Assembly: GCA_036172245.1 (NCBI GenBank)
Contig: JAYWIR010000029.1
Coordinates: 558,001 to 622,000 of the forward strand
Reading direction: 5' to 3'
Length of the DNA: 64,000 nt
Origin: Raillietiella orientalis
Lineage: Eukaryota
The translations under genes and the position numbers were made by a program. Positions within the stretch are counted from its first letter, which is position 1. Each line of letters starts with the position of its first letter. The notes under the pieces were generated by a model. The model had not been told where the DNA came from. It was given only the letters and a program-made list of their open reading frames with translations, and ran no database searches. Of the stretch, positions 37,950 to 51,000 are shown one piece after another.

Positions 37950-38640
37950 GCGATTTTCTTCGTGGGAACTCCGCTCCTAAATGTCTGTTGGAAGTTGAAG
38001 AGCTTTCCAGTGACAAGGCCGTATCGCCGAAGACCGCGATAAACACAACGCTGCACGTTTCTGCGCACGTGATCACTGTTGTTGTGGAGTTGTGGAAGTG
38101 CTTGGCACAACACTCTTCGTCGTGACCTTGATTCCGGATTCGACAGCTACAGACCAGAGTCTCAACTGAAAGCTCCAAACTCGCTTAGCCTTTCCTGCCA
38201 TGGAAGATGCGTGCCTTGAGCTGGCAGCCACTCATCGTAGGCTGCCTTCTTTCTACCGTGAACTCAGCGCAAAGAATCTCAACGTGTTTGCTGCCACTTC
38301 CGGGGGCGGTGCTGGCAGAGGAAAGACCGAACGTAGGAAACGTCCATCTCCTCTGTTCGTCGACAGACCTGCCAGTGGCGACTTCGGTTAAGAGCATTAA
38401 CGCTAGGACCGCTGGGAGCCTGGAAGCCAAAGGATGACGCGGTGTTCACAGAAATGGGGATCCGTCGCACACGGGCAAGAAACAGCAGCGAGAAGGTGGG
38501 TGGTAGGTGCTTACCAACATTCAGCATAGCCGGGACATTCACTGGGGACAGATCTCGTGTCACTGGCCAGGATGAACAGGTGTCAGGGGACCTTCGGCTG
38601 TATGAGAATCTCCCAGCATTTATCGTGTGTGTGCTCTAAA
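37950..38640 (+). mobile_element. Decayed non-LTR RT remnant
   Basis: SWQPLIV, ERPNVGNVHLL and TGVRG..SP motifs in RT order; heavily degraded. Confidence 0.35.
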
Positions 38641-38692
38641 ACTGAATAAAGCGGTCAGCCAAGCTCCATAAGTGGGTGTTGAAACCCGCGCT

Positions 38693-38891
38693 GGCAGCCA
38701 TGTGGCTGTGGTCGCTCCGCGCGTGGCACTGCTCATCGAGGGTTCGAATCCCACCCAAGGAAGGAAAGACGAAGAGGCATGGGGGGTGCGTCATGGGTTT
38801 CCCTCAGGATGGTGCTGGTTGGCCTCGGGGGGCTTCGGGTGCAGCACTGGTTGACACCCGGTCACGCCGGGGCCTTTATTTATAAAATAAA
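38693..38891 (+). mobile_element. tRNA-headed SINE, short form with AT-rich tail
   Basis: Perfect B-box GGTTCGAATCC (38741-38751). Shares CCGCGCGTGGCAC and GCTGGTTGG..TTCGGGTGC.GCACTGG with the 28256 element. Ends in TTTATTTATAAAATAAA. Confidence 0.7.
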
Positions 38892-39699
38892 CATACATGT
38901 CTGTGGCAGTACGTTTGATCCTGCCTCATTAAGTTGGTTTGTTTGATCACCGGAATTGAAATTAAGCACTGCGAAGCAAGATGCACGTCTTTAAAAAAAG
39001 TAGGGACCGTTGATCACGGACCACCTACTTGGAACGCTTTCAGAGGGAAGTCCAATTCCGTTAGCGGGCTACCAAATTGCATAACTCTGCATGCACATTT
39101 GCCACTTGAAAGAGATCAGATCTCAAATGGTCGCGCAAACCGGAACTGTGCAAAATGTCGACAGTTCAAATAGCCCCAAGCAATTGCACTATTTTGGTTT
39201 TGGTTTTTGCGGTCCAGAGGACACAATACGGATGGATCCACTGACTTTGCATTTATCCAACATCTCCGAGACACCTCAGCATCTCATTTTCGATTCGCCA
39301 CATGAGTTTGCATATTTGTTTTGTCAGCGCTCCACGAAACGAATGCGGCCCACGGAAAGATCCACGTGATGAAGAGGAGCCGATTCCGTTCTCCAATCTT
39401 TCTCCTTTGTACCGTCTGATAAGGAGAAGTGCAAATACAGATAAAAATAAGTGTTTGGTACCAATCTGCATTTCAGGAAAGCTGCCTAGCTCAGAGTTTT
39501 TAACGATACCGTATATTCCATTTATAACTTTCTAAGCACTTCTCTCACTGTTTTCCTTTTTCTCTCTTTTTTTTGTTTTTGGTCCTACAACTAAATCTCC
39601 AACAAGATCAGACATATCACCAAGAGTTCAGAGAGAGTCCCTCTCAGGCAAATAATTCTTCTGGCTGAGATATATCAGTATTCCATCGCTTCAGTTGTG

Positions 39700-41400
39700 T
39701 CAGAATATCAGACTCCCGATACACTTAATCCTAGTGCGGTTGTCGAAGATCCAATCGTGTGCTGCGTTCGGTCTCCATGATGCCTTCTGCTCCGGTTAGG
39801 AAAGAGCTCTTTGAGCCAGTTCAAAACGGACGCAACCCGCGTTCAGAAAGAGGGGCACGAGTGGCGAGCTTGGCTGCCGTACTTCGCAGTGCCGACCGGT
39901 GTGGGCGTCATCTTCAGCGTCTGGAACAAGCTGAAGGAGTTTGCCATTCCGCTTTAGCACCACCTGCTTGATGGCCTTCTTCGATGTGTTGAAATCGAGG
40001 TCTTGTGGACTTAGCTTGCTGTCCGCTGTGTAGAGCCTACGTGAATGTTTCACACCCCGCAGATAAAGTCTGGGACCAATCACCGCTGCGAGGGAGGATC
40101 ACTGTTGAGGAATCTACCCATCATTCTCATGGAACGAGTCCCTCATCAGTGCTGAGAGACGGCAATCTGAGGTGTGGGGTCATGAAGAGCGCAGGATTGG
40201 GGAGGGTGGCAGCTGAGAATACCAAAGACATTGGAAGTTGCGTGATCGAAGAACTCCCGCTCCTTGCGACAGCAGTGGACCTCTCAGAGATGCGGTTCCG
40301 CATTTTCCTCATAGAACACAGCGCAGTGCTGTCTCTCGAGCTCTTCTCAAACGAGAGAGCTACTCTCTTGGGCTCCAGAAGCGCACGGGCTGTGGAGGCG
40401 CATCTCTGACAGCGTCTGTCCTACACTGAGGGGGTCTCACCGTGAGATCCTCAAAATCGTGAGGTTATAAAAGAGAAAGAGGTGATGCTCCCACGGAGGG
40501 GAAGGACGCGCTGGCATGAAAAAAAAAAAAAAAACAAGACCTGAGCGTTCACCATCCATCTCTGACAGATTTATCACATCATTGACATCTTGCTTTGAAG
40601 TCTACTAGGAGGAAAACACGGAACAATGGGAAAATGGATACGACTTCTTCGTCGCCAGCAGCAGCGCATTGATCTGCAGCCAACAGTTGTCCTCAAAGCA
40701 GCGTCCAAGAGGGATCACAAGCCAGAACTTCCTCCTCAACTCGAGCACAGCAGAAAGCAGCAGTCTTATTCAGTGCCTCAGCACAGTACAAATACTTTGA
40801 TGCTTTCGGTTTAGTGCAAAAAATATTTGGTGGTCTTCAGCTTGAATGTACTGCTGTGTCGAAAGGTCGCGCAAGTATGCTGCATTTGATTTGAGTGACA
40901 TTTGGAATTCGATCTGGATGTTCGTTCAATGATACCCCACCGCCTTAGCGACGCTGCTTCCACTGTCCTCTAACGGACAGTTTCTGAAGATTTCACGGAT
41001 TTCAAAATAAGCTTGGCAGCCTGATAGGGAACGGTTTGGGCACCTATCGCGGTAGCCAAGGCTGTCGGGTGTTGTGTGACCAGGTTCCGTGTTTCAATAC
41101 TTTCATGGCTTCCAGCGCCCAATACGGGACGAGAGACAAGTCGACTCCCTCGTGAGAGAATTTCACTTGCGATCCCAACAGAGAAAAATGGCGCTTTCCT
41201 TGGCGCACAGAACCAACAACGTTGACACGGACTTTTCTGGTCACTTCTCTTGTATCTTCCGGATTCTCTTGGACATGCTCGAGAGCAGCCAAGTTCGCGA
41301 GCATACTCGAGAAGACGCCGGCAATTAACGGCATTGCAGGTCTCCCGATGAATGCTGGCGGCCATCTTGTTACTATCAGGAAGGAAACCCAGTCCCCTCT
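39700..41400. mobile_element. Decayed LINE remnants (RT on +, ~39700-40400; APE on -, ~41000-41400)
   Basis: MAFFDV / EVLW..RCV / ATAVDL RT-like motifs; NCRRLLEYARELG and GSH APE-like motifs. Confidence 0.35.
41185..41368. promoter_or_regulatory. Two YY1-like motifs upstream of ATIC
   Basis: AAAATGGCG (41185-41193) and GCGGCCATCTT (41358-41368, reverse complement AAGATGGCCGC) lie within 450 bp of the ATG. They may be chance matches. Confidence 0.2.
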
Positions 41401-41630
41401 CTCCCTTTTATCTTCAACAACAGCAGCAGCCCCAACACACACTCAGCGGAGGCAGCCAAAGCACTCCCAAGCCTTCCCCTGCGTGCATTCCAACCGCAGC
41501 TTCTGTCTGAGGCCGCCGGGCAGTAAAGGCGCGCGCATCGCGCAGAGACCTGCTGCGCTCACGAGACTGAAAAGTCGGATCCTTGGCTGTGTCCTGCAAG
41601 TGCTTGAGTTGCTCGTTGAGGTGTGCGAAC

Positions 41631-44600
41631 ATGGGGGAATCCTCAAGGAGACTGGGTAAGGAACCGGGTGGGGCTAAGGCCCGCTCGCTGGGGCTTCTGC
41701 GAGCTGGACGTGTGTCCCTGATTCTCCCGCGTTTCAGCCGTGATCAGCGCGAGCGACAAGAGGAATCTCGTGCCGTTCTGCAGGGAGCTGCTGACGTACA
41801 ACTACCGGTTCCTGGGCACAGCTGGCACCTGCGCCTTGCTGAGGCAACACGATGTCGCCAGCACCGAGATCGGCGCCTACACGGAAGTCTCCGAGATGTT
41901 GGGAGGAAGGGTTAAAACGCTCCATCCGAAGATCTACGCAGGTCGGTGACGTGTGCAGTTCCCGCCCGGCCGCGCCTTGCTGAGGGAGGAGGAGGGCAGA
42001 GATAGAAGAAGCGGGAGGGGCAGACGAGGAGGATCCGAGCGCGTCGCGGATGCAGAGAAGTTCGCAGCTAGGAGCACGCGGCTGAATTGCGGGAACCACG
42101 CGTTCGCGCGGACGTGGCGCTCGAGGCGGCGGGGAGAGGAAGCCACGCTCTGCGAGCTTCGGCGTTGCGCCTCTGCCGCCGGCTGCCTCGGATGCTTCTC
42201 GCGTCACCTCAGCCGCCAAACGATGCGTGCTGGGAGCATGCGCGTCACCCCGCGGGAAAGGGAGCGTGCGCCTTCGGCGAACGCGTGCCCAGTCAGCCGG
42301 GTGCGGAGGTGCACGCGCCCCGGGCGGGTTGCGTCCGCCCTGTGGGATACCGTCGCGCACACGAGGACAGAAAGGGGACTCTGTGCGGCCCGCCGAGCAG
42401 CGCCTCCCTTACATCTCAGATGTCCGGGAAGCGCCCAGCCGCACTCCGGACGATTCCGTCCCTCACAGCTTGGGACCCGAGCCGCTTTCGCCGGGCGCGG
42501 GAGTACACGGGGGAGACCAGGACCCGCAGGCATGACCGAGGCTTCCTCGCAGTAGTCAGGTTCCGGCGTCCTGGACTCTGAAGGGTGCGTAGGGACGCTC
42601 GCACGGGACCGCCTTGCGGGAGCGTCTTCGCCCATTGCAGACGCTGAGTCGCCAGAGCATCCCTCGACCTTCCCGAATGCACCCTGATTGTTGCGCCTTC
42701 CAGGTATCTTGGCCAAGGACGACCCCCGCCACAGGGAGGAGCTGGAGTCCCTCGGCTACGGGTTGATCGACCTGGTTATCTGCAACCTGTATCCCTTCCA
42801 GCAGACGGTTGCCAAGGAGGGGGTGACCGAGGAGGAGGTCATCGAGAACATCGACATCGGTAGGCTCCTCCCGCCTGAGCCACTTCAGTTTGCCCGGAGG
42901 GAAACGCGATCCCTGAACCCTGCGGGCCACTTCTCCCCTCCCTTCCCGTCCCTCCCCACTCCGCGCAGGGGACGGCTGCTGCAGCTCCTGACTCAAGAGC
43001 AGAGCTTTTTTCCGGCGTGGGTCGCGGACCCCCCTCCCCCGCGCGGCGCCGCGGGCGGCTTTGTTGGACTGCGGCAGGAACCGAGACAGGTCATGAGCCC
43101 CTTTCCCGAAGAGCCGCCTGCTTAGGAGGGGGAGCCCCACGCATCACGGCTACTGGGGAAGTTGGTCTCCCAGCCCTCCTCCTCGAGGGCTTCCTGCGGC
43201 GCTGCTGAGCGGGTCCAGCAACCTCTACGGCAACGTGAGGAGGGACCCAGGGGGTTCTCCTTCCCATTTCCCCACTTCCTTACCCTCCTTTCCTCCTCGA
43301 GACCACTGACCTCGTCAAGAAGGCGCCGCGTTGAAGCGAGCGGTCGCGAAGTCTGCCTTCTGGCCGCTAGATGAGAGGCGCCGGCCCTTCACCTTCGCCC
43401 GCCCTAGCAGTAGGGAGTATCTTGTTCCACAGGAATCCTCAAAGGGAGAGGGGCAAGAGAAAAAAAAAAACAAGGCTCCTCCTTCCGGTCCGGAGGCAGC
43501 TCTCGCTCCGGAGAGGTGTGAGGGGTTTCCGGGGTTCCCTCGGGATCATTCCCCTTCCCAAAACCCGGCCCCGCATAGTCCTCCCCCCCCTCCCTCCCTT
43601 TTCGCGGGAGGATTCCCGGCGGGGGTGAACTCTGCGCTTCCAGGAGGAGTGACCCTGCTGCGCGCCGCCGCCAAGAACTTTGGCCGCGTCACGGTCGTCT
43701 GCGATCCCGACGACTACCAGAAAGTCCTGTGGGAGATGAGGAGCAACGAGGGAGCGGTCGGCGAGGACCTCAGGTGTGCCTCTGGTGCCCTGCGTTTGCT
43801 CGTCCTTCGTCGTGCGCCCTATCGGGTTGGCCGCACCTCCCCGCTGCCCCCTGCGAAGTGTTCGAAGCCAAGGACGGCAGGGGTCAGCAGCGAGGTCCCG
43901 CTCCATCCCGGTGGGGTTCGCTCGACGACACGGAGGGCGCCGCGGCCCGGCTAGGTCCAGGCAGCCTGCAGGGAGGCGGCGGCGACCCCACTTCCTCCTG
44001 TTTCAACCGCCCCGCGCTCTTCTTGTCAGGAAGCGATGTGCGATGAGGGCGTTTTGCCTGACGGCGGAGTACGACGACGCCATCTCGTCCCACTTCCGGG
44101 AGCGGTTCAGCACCCCGAGGGAGCAGCTGACCCTGCGCTACGGAGTGAACCCCCACCAGGTTCCGGCCCGCGTCTACACCCCGACTCTGGATCTGCCCTT
44201 CACCGGTGAGGGTGCAGCGTTCCCGCCGACCGTGCTCGGCCTCCGCCCACAGGCAGGCCGCCTCCCTTTTCAGTCCTCAACGGGAGTCCCGGATTCATCA
44301 ATCTGTGCGACGCCCTGAACGCCTGGCAGCTCGTGGAGGAGCTGAAGAGGGCCTTGGCGCTACCCAGCGCGGCGTCCTTCAAGCACGTCTCTCCCGCCGG
44401 TGCGGCCGTCGGCCTGCCCCTCTCGGAGACCGAGGTGACCTTCACGCCCGCGGCTCCCTTCTTCCCCGGCCGATCGCGGCGAGGGACCCCAGCCCGCCGG
44501 TTCATCTCTTCTCGCGTTGCAGGCGAAAGTGTTCCTGGTGGACGACGCGCCCACGGCGATGACCCCCCTCAGCTGCGCCTTCGCCAGGGCGAGGGGAGCG

Positions 44601-45811
44601 GACCGGCTGTCCTCTTTCGGGGACTTCGTGGCCCTGTCAGACCCGTGCGACCTGGCGACGGCCAGGCTGCTGGCGCGCGAGGTAACGTACATCCCTCCTT
44701 TCCTCCCATCCTGTGGCCATCCTACCTCTTTCTACAGGTCTCTGACGGAGTCATAGCGCCCGGGTATCTGCCGGATGCTCTGGAGGTCCTCAGGAAGAAG
44801 AAGGACGGCCGGTACTGCATCCTTCAGGTGAGTCCCCGATGCTCCTCCTCTTCCCCGCGGGGAGACGGCCGTGACCTCTGGTCGTGCCCTGCAGATCAAC
44901 GAGAACTACCGCCCGCCCCTGATGGAGCGTAGGACGCTCTTCGGCGTGACCTTCGAGCAGAGGCGCAATGATGCCATCGTGGACCACGACCTGTTCCGGA
45001 CCCCAGACAATGTGGTGCATCTCAGCAGCGAGGTCTGGTCGGGGGTGATCTCGGGCTCAGAGTAGGGGAAAGAGCTGATCCTGTGCTGTCCCCGCAGCTG
45101 ACCGAAGAGGCCATCAGGGACCTCATCATCGCCACGGTGGCCGTGAAGTACACGCAGTCCAACTCGGTGTGCTTGGCGAAAGGTGGTCAGGTCATCGGCG
45201 TGGGAGCGGGTCAACAGTCGCGCATCCACTGCACCAGAATTGCCTGCAACAAGGCGGACGCGTGGTGAGGACCGGCGCTTCTCTCCCCCCCCCCCACGTC
45301 CCGGCACCGAAACGCTTCCCACTCCCAGGGGAGAATCTCCTACTGGCATCCGGCGCGCCGCACCTTTCCCTTCGCCTTCCACGAGGTTTTTTCTCTCCTC
45401 CAGGTGGCTGCGTCACCATCCGAAGGTGCTAGAGCTCCAGGCCAGCCTGAAGAGCCAGAAGCGCACGCGCACGGAGATCGACCACGCACTCAGCGACGCC
45501 ATCGAGGATCCGGATGGCCGTGGCGGAGCCCTGGACGCGGGAGAGAAGCGGGAGATGCTGCACCGGCTCACCGGCGTGTGCCTGAGCTCCGACGCTTTTT
45601 TCCCCTTCGGCGACTCCATCCAGAGGGCGTCCAAGGTAGTGTGGCTCGGCGCCCGCCTCAGGCCGATCCCATCCTCCTGCCTCCCCTGCAGTCCGGCGTG
45701 CAGTACGTCGCGAGTCCCGGAGGGTCTTCCAGGGACGCGGTGGTGGCGGAGTGCTGCCGGGAGAACGACATCACTCTGCTCCACACTGGCATCCGCCTGT
45801 TCCATCACTGA
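41631..45811 (+). CDS. ATIC: Bifunctional AICAR transformylase / IMP cyclohydrolase (purH), 12 exons, 585 aa
   Basis: Exons 41631-41655, 41738-41941, 42704-42859, 43644-43773, 44030-44205, 44274-44434, 44523-44681, 44738-44827, 44895-45032, 45098-45264, 45404-45635, 45692-45811 sum to 1758 nt. Motifs [64 protein letters not shown] and RLFHH*. Confidence 0.97.
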
Positions 45812-46898
45812 AAGCCGTCGCCCGGGAGACGGCGGCCGATCGCTGCCTCTGCAGCCGCAACCGGACGGGAGCGAAAGGGGGAGGGGAAGAAGAAGAAAAG
45901 ACAAGAAAAAAAAAGAGAGGAAGAAGAGGGGGGAGGGGAAATCCTCAGGGCATATCCCCAGGGGGGACTACTGGCCGGACCCATGCCTTTCTCGCCTCCC
46001 CCCTCTTTGCTTTTCCGCGATGCGGGGCGCCCACCCTATTCTTCGTATTCAGGGCGGACGAGGTAAGACCGGGCGGAGTGGGGGGAGAGCCCTCTGGCGC
46101 ATCCTCGTGCGGAGGGACCACTGTGCTCCGATCGACCCCGCGCTGACCGGAGACGCGCTGTCCCCACCGATGCTGGACGCCTCCTTCCGGATCGCCCCAC
46201 GGGAGGGCGCGGATGCTGACGCGGCAATGGGGCACACGGGGACGGGCAACTTGCCGGCAGCGGCAGCTGCGGGCGCGCTTCCTTCCTCCGGGCAGCCTCC
46301 CCCGGAGCGCGCCTGCCCGCTGTCCCCAGAACGAGGGCGGCTGTTCCTTCCACCTCCCAAGTACTCCTTGCGTACCCGGGAGGAGGTGGGCGAGGAGAGG
46401 AGCACCCGGGGACTCATTCCCGTAGTGGAGAGAGTGCTGCGACCTCCCATCAGGATGTATCTGGGGAAGACCAGCGCATGGGGGGGGGGAACATAGCATT
46501 CCTCGGGCACCAGCGGACACGCCGGGCGCTCCGGGATGGAATGCCGCCCGTTCCTTTTCGGTCCCCTGTCGGGCTCCCGGTGCTCCCGCCTCCTTTCCTG
46601 TCCGCCTGGAACGACAGGGAGGGAAGAAGGAAAGCGAGCTCCCCTGTCGACTGCGTGCACCCGCGTCAGTGGGTTGGTGACCACGAAGGCGTGCGGAAGA
46701 GCGGCCTCCGGGACTGCGATCTTTCTCCAGAGTCTGGTGGAGCTGGGAAACGGCTCTTCCGCTCTTTTCCGGCCCCCGCCATCTGCGGCGTTGCTGGGGC
46801 GAGTGAGGGTCAGCGCCCTGGGTGAGCGTAGGCCGAGGAAAAGCGTGCGCTCCGCCTCGACAAGAGGGAACAGGACGCTGGTCACGTCTCCTGCGCAC

Positions 46899-47330
46899 GA
46901 ACAGGTCCACGCTCCCGTAATCCACGACGGCATCGCTGTGCCTCTGCTCGAAGGTCACGCCGAAGAGCGACTTCCGCTCCTTCGGGGGCGGACGGCAGTT
47001 CCTGTTGATCTGCCGGGCACGAACGGAGGTCACGGCCGCCGCCCCTCAGGGAAGAGGAGGAGCATCAGAGACTCACCTGAAGGATGCAGTACCAGCCGTC
47101 CTTCTTTCCTTCTTCTTCCCAAGGACCTCCAGAGCCTCCGGCACATACCCGGGTGCCACGACACCGTTGAAGACCTGTCGAAAGAGGTGGATGGCCACAG
47201 GGCGGGAGAAAAGGGGGGATGTAAGCTACCTTGTGCGCCAGCCAAGTCGCGCGGTTCGACGGGGCCACGAAGTCCTGAAAGAGGACAGCTGGTCCGCTCC
47301 CCTCGCCCTGGCGAAGGCGCAGCTGAGGGG
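46899..47330 (-). pseudogene. Inverted, unprocessed partial duplicate of ATIC (exon 7 to exon 9 with both introns)
   Basis: The reverse complement aligns with ~44565-44996 including the introns, and carries indels in exon-derived sequence. Confidence 0.9.
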
Positions 47331-48038
47331 CACCTTCGCAGGGGTCGGCGGTCTTCCCGTCGTCCCTCTTTTCCATATGCAGCCCATTGACCCAGCTAAC
47401 TCGAGGGCCTCCTCCCTTCCTGCTGGTGCTGTCTTCCGGCATCCTTTCCCGGCTCATCTGTCCCTCGGAAAGGCCCTCGGGACAGGCGCTTTCCTCACCT
47501 CCCCCCCTCCAAAGAGGCGGGCGCATCTTCCTGACCGAAAAATCCGACATCGCTCGGCAGCTCTGATCGTACCGCAGCTTTCCTCCGCGGGCGCCCTCTC
47601 CCATCCTCCATGCTCCTCAGGAGGTCGCCCCCACCGGGCGCCCACCCACTCGTGCGCTTCCGGACCGCTGGCTACTGCCAGTGCGCCCGGAGCCGAAAGG
47701 GTCGTGAGGCTGAGGAGATACCTCTCTCCGAGCATCCGGACCTCGTCCCGTCGCGGCTCTCACTGGACGAAGACGTTGCGGGACCCCTTTGTCTTCGGAG
47801 AAGATCGCACAACGCCGGAGGCATCGTGACCTCCGGGGCCCCCAAACCTTGCCGTCTGGTGGCCGAAAAAACTACTACGTGGAACTTTTTTTAATTCCCT
47901 TCGTTTTCAGTCAAGCGGGATCGGCGGCTTTCCTGGAGCTCCCATTCTCTTCTGCCCGGACGTCCTTGGATTTCATCCAGGGCTGTTCCACTGCGACCCT
48001 TTCGGCGAGCTTCCAGGGAGCGTCGGCTGCATCCAGCA

Positions 48039-51000
48039 TCACACGTGCTTCATCAAGACCTTCTCGTAGTGGTGCTCTTTTTCGGCCTTCAGGGAAGATT
48101 GAAGCAGGAAGGACACCAGCAGGAACAGCATCTGGGAGGGAGTCCGTGGTACCGCCGCTGGCGGAAACAGTCAACTGACCCCAACAGCCAGCAGGAGTCC
48201 GATGGCGGCTGACGCAATGGGGAACCCGTAGGCGTCGTACAGCATCCCTCCGAATATCGGCCCCAGCAATTCCCTACGATGCGGAGCAGAACTTCCTGCG
48301 AGTTCGAGTGCGGTTGCGTCCTCGTGCGCTCCCGTCTTCCGAAATGCTGGCGTCCAGACCCTGCGCTGCCGCCCGATGGTCGTCCGGGGGAGGAAGGGCG
48401 AAGGGCGGATGCCACCCCCGAGTCGCGGAGCCGGGAGTGACTTCCATGCCTCCACCCGAGCCGGAGGCGCGAGGTCCAGCGTCCTCCCCTCTGCATCTCC
48501 GCGGAAGAACCCACCCACGCGCGCCCGCTGTTGGTTTGGCACGCAAAAACCACCGCACCTCGAGGCGTGCTCCAAGCATCTCGGAAAGAGAGGCCTCATG
48601 CCCTCCCGAAAGGTCGTCTGGGGATGGGGGGGGGGGAAAAGAGAAGAACTTCCGGCCAGCCCGCACTCTCCGGTGAGGAGGGCGGACTGGCACTGCAAGC
48701 CACAGCGAGTTCCTCTGGCAGGGGGTGCGGCGAGCCCGGCGCAGCACTGCGGACGAAGGTCGCTCCCTGCCGAGAACGAGACGCCGTCCGTCGCGCGTAC
48801 CGGAGCGATTAGGAGATCGAAGGCGAGGGTGGGATTCACGGCGAACGCGGCCGGCTCAACCAACGCGCTTTGCGCGCAAGCGTGGGAGGCCGATCGGGGA
48901 GTCCCGGCGGACTACGGCCCCAATCGCCGGCAGAAACCCAAAGGACGAGCCGAGCTTTCCTGGATCGGCTCCACAAATTCCTTTCCTTCCCTCTCCTTTT
49001 TTTCCCCCCTTCCATGCGGCGGAAAGTGGGGGGTGGCTTCTCCTGGCAACCGGGAGGCAACGCAGACGGTCGAGGGCTACAAGAATAGCAGGCTGGCAAG
49101 CAGAGCGCCTCATCTGCTTCTCCCTTCTTCCTCCTTTCATCCTCCCCTTCTTCCTCTCTTCCTCTTCTTCCTCCCTTCTTTCTTATACTCCTATTTTCTT
49201 CCTCTTCCTCGCCTTCCTTCCTTCTTCCTCCCTTCCTTCCCTTCCGGCAAGCACGGCTCCACCTCGAAGTGTCTCCGTCCGTCGGGAGCTCTTCAGGGTC
49301 CCCTCTTCGCCTGTCCACGGATCCCGAGATGCTCCGTCCTGCACCGAGGAAGGCACAAAGTCTCAGACCTGTGTCCTGGGTTCCTCGGGAGCAGCGGTCC
49401 TACCACGTGACACAGTCGGAACGCACGCGGAAGAGCATCGTTCGACAGTGGGGACTCGCCGTGACCTCCCTCCTGCTCTCCCTTTCTTCCTTCCCAGCAG
49501 GACCATCCCCTCGAGCTCCTGGGACGAGTTCCTCCGGGCATGGGCGTAAGGGCGTCCAGGAACCTCTTTCACGGACCCATCGTCCTCCGAGGATGTCCGC
49601 GTGGTCCTGGCGGTGGTACGATCGCTTTCTTCGCAGCCGGCTGCTTCGGCCGTCTTCCCCCCCTTCTCCCCTCTCTCCCCGTCGACCATGAGCCACTGCT
49701 GGCCCATTCCAGTGAGTGCTAAGAGGCGTGGGGATGATGTCATTCCCGAAGTGGGACGGGTGGGCGGCGGACTCCCCAGGAATGCCGCGCCTTCGCTCCC
49801 TCTTCCACTCCCCTCGTGAACCCCGGCGGTCGTCAGGTCCTGCCGGGAGAGGAGCTGCCAGAGTGACTCCACGGAACTCTGACGTTGGCGATCCGCCAGC
49901 GCCACCCCCCCCTCCCTCATTCTTCAGTCCTCTTCCTCCCTGAGCATCCCGTCTGACGGGAAGCTTCCCCAGGAGCTTCGCTCCGGTATTCCCACCCTCC
50001 GTCCCCACCCTTTTCTGCAGCACTTCTCCATCCGCCCCCGTCCCTTCCGAACACTGCGCAGTGGCGTTCCCTTGTCCCTGATCCTCGGGATATCGGTAGT
50101 GGGGAAACAGGAAGTTTCCGGCAGGAAGCGGTAGAGAGACGGCGGTCGCGACGCCCGGCGAACGCGCTGCAATACGGGGCTTGCCGACGCCACAGGGAGG
50201 TCGGCAGGTTCGAGCTCTTTATCTCCCACGGAGAATGGATCAAGAAAATCCCTCCTTCGCCTCTGCAACGCCTCACAAAGCCTCTCCCTCCCTCGCGCCA
50301 CTCTGACCAGCCTCGGGAGGCTCCGCGTTTTTTGCCAGGAATCACGCAGGGCGTTCCTCCCTTCCTCCTCCTCCTCCCTTTCGCGTCGTGAGCCCTGCGA
50401 GAGAATGGCAGGGCGCGCTCCGGAAGACGAGCCGAGCAGAGAGCCGGACTTCCCGACGGCGACCCACTCCCGCCTGTTCCATGTTGGGCCGTGAAACGTC
50501 CCCCGTTGCAGCACGACTCCCCCACAGCGACCACACGCGGGCGATCCGGCGAAACGCTTCCGTCCCCGTGGGTGTCGTGTCCGAACCCACCACGTGCTCT
50601 CGGGGTCGCGCTCGCGGGTGTGGTGGTGGGCCGCCGAACTGGGGTCGTGAGGCAGCCTCCGCTGCAGATGCAGCCGTCCGCGCTTGCGCCCAATCCGAGA
50701 GGCGCGCGGTTCCTGGGGAGGACCCTGGAACCAACTCACCCCATGGAAGTGAACCCGCGCAGTATCCCGAAGACCATGCAGTAGGTGGACGTTTCCTGAT
50801 CATAACCCAAGCTGCCGGGGACTCGAAGCGGGGCCTGCCTTGGAGCGGTCCGCCTTTTACCTGTACGCCTTTCCCGTGACCAGGGCGACGACCGGCACGA
50901 AAGCGATGGAGTGCGCCATCCCCAGGACGGTCAGCAGGACGCAGCAGGATGCGATGTTTCTTCATTTTCCATTTTCATTGTTGTTTGTTTGTTTGTTGGC

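Noticed and set aside
38185..38430. Secreted-peptide-like ORF on the minus strand
   Set aside because: It starts at TTG and is antisense to a decayed RT.
38693..38765. Functional tRNA gene (also 28256-28325)
   Set aside because: A B-box is present but there is no acceptor or anticodon stem, and homology continues into a shared downstream body, so these are SINE heads.
50740..50880. tRNA-Gly-like SINE copy on the minus strand (GCTTCGAGTCCCC, GGGTTCACTTCC)
   Set aside because: Fully explained by MFS exons 9-10 and the 49-nt intron between them.
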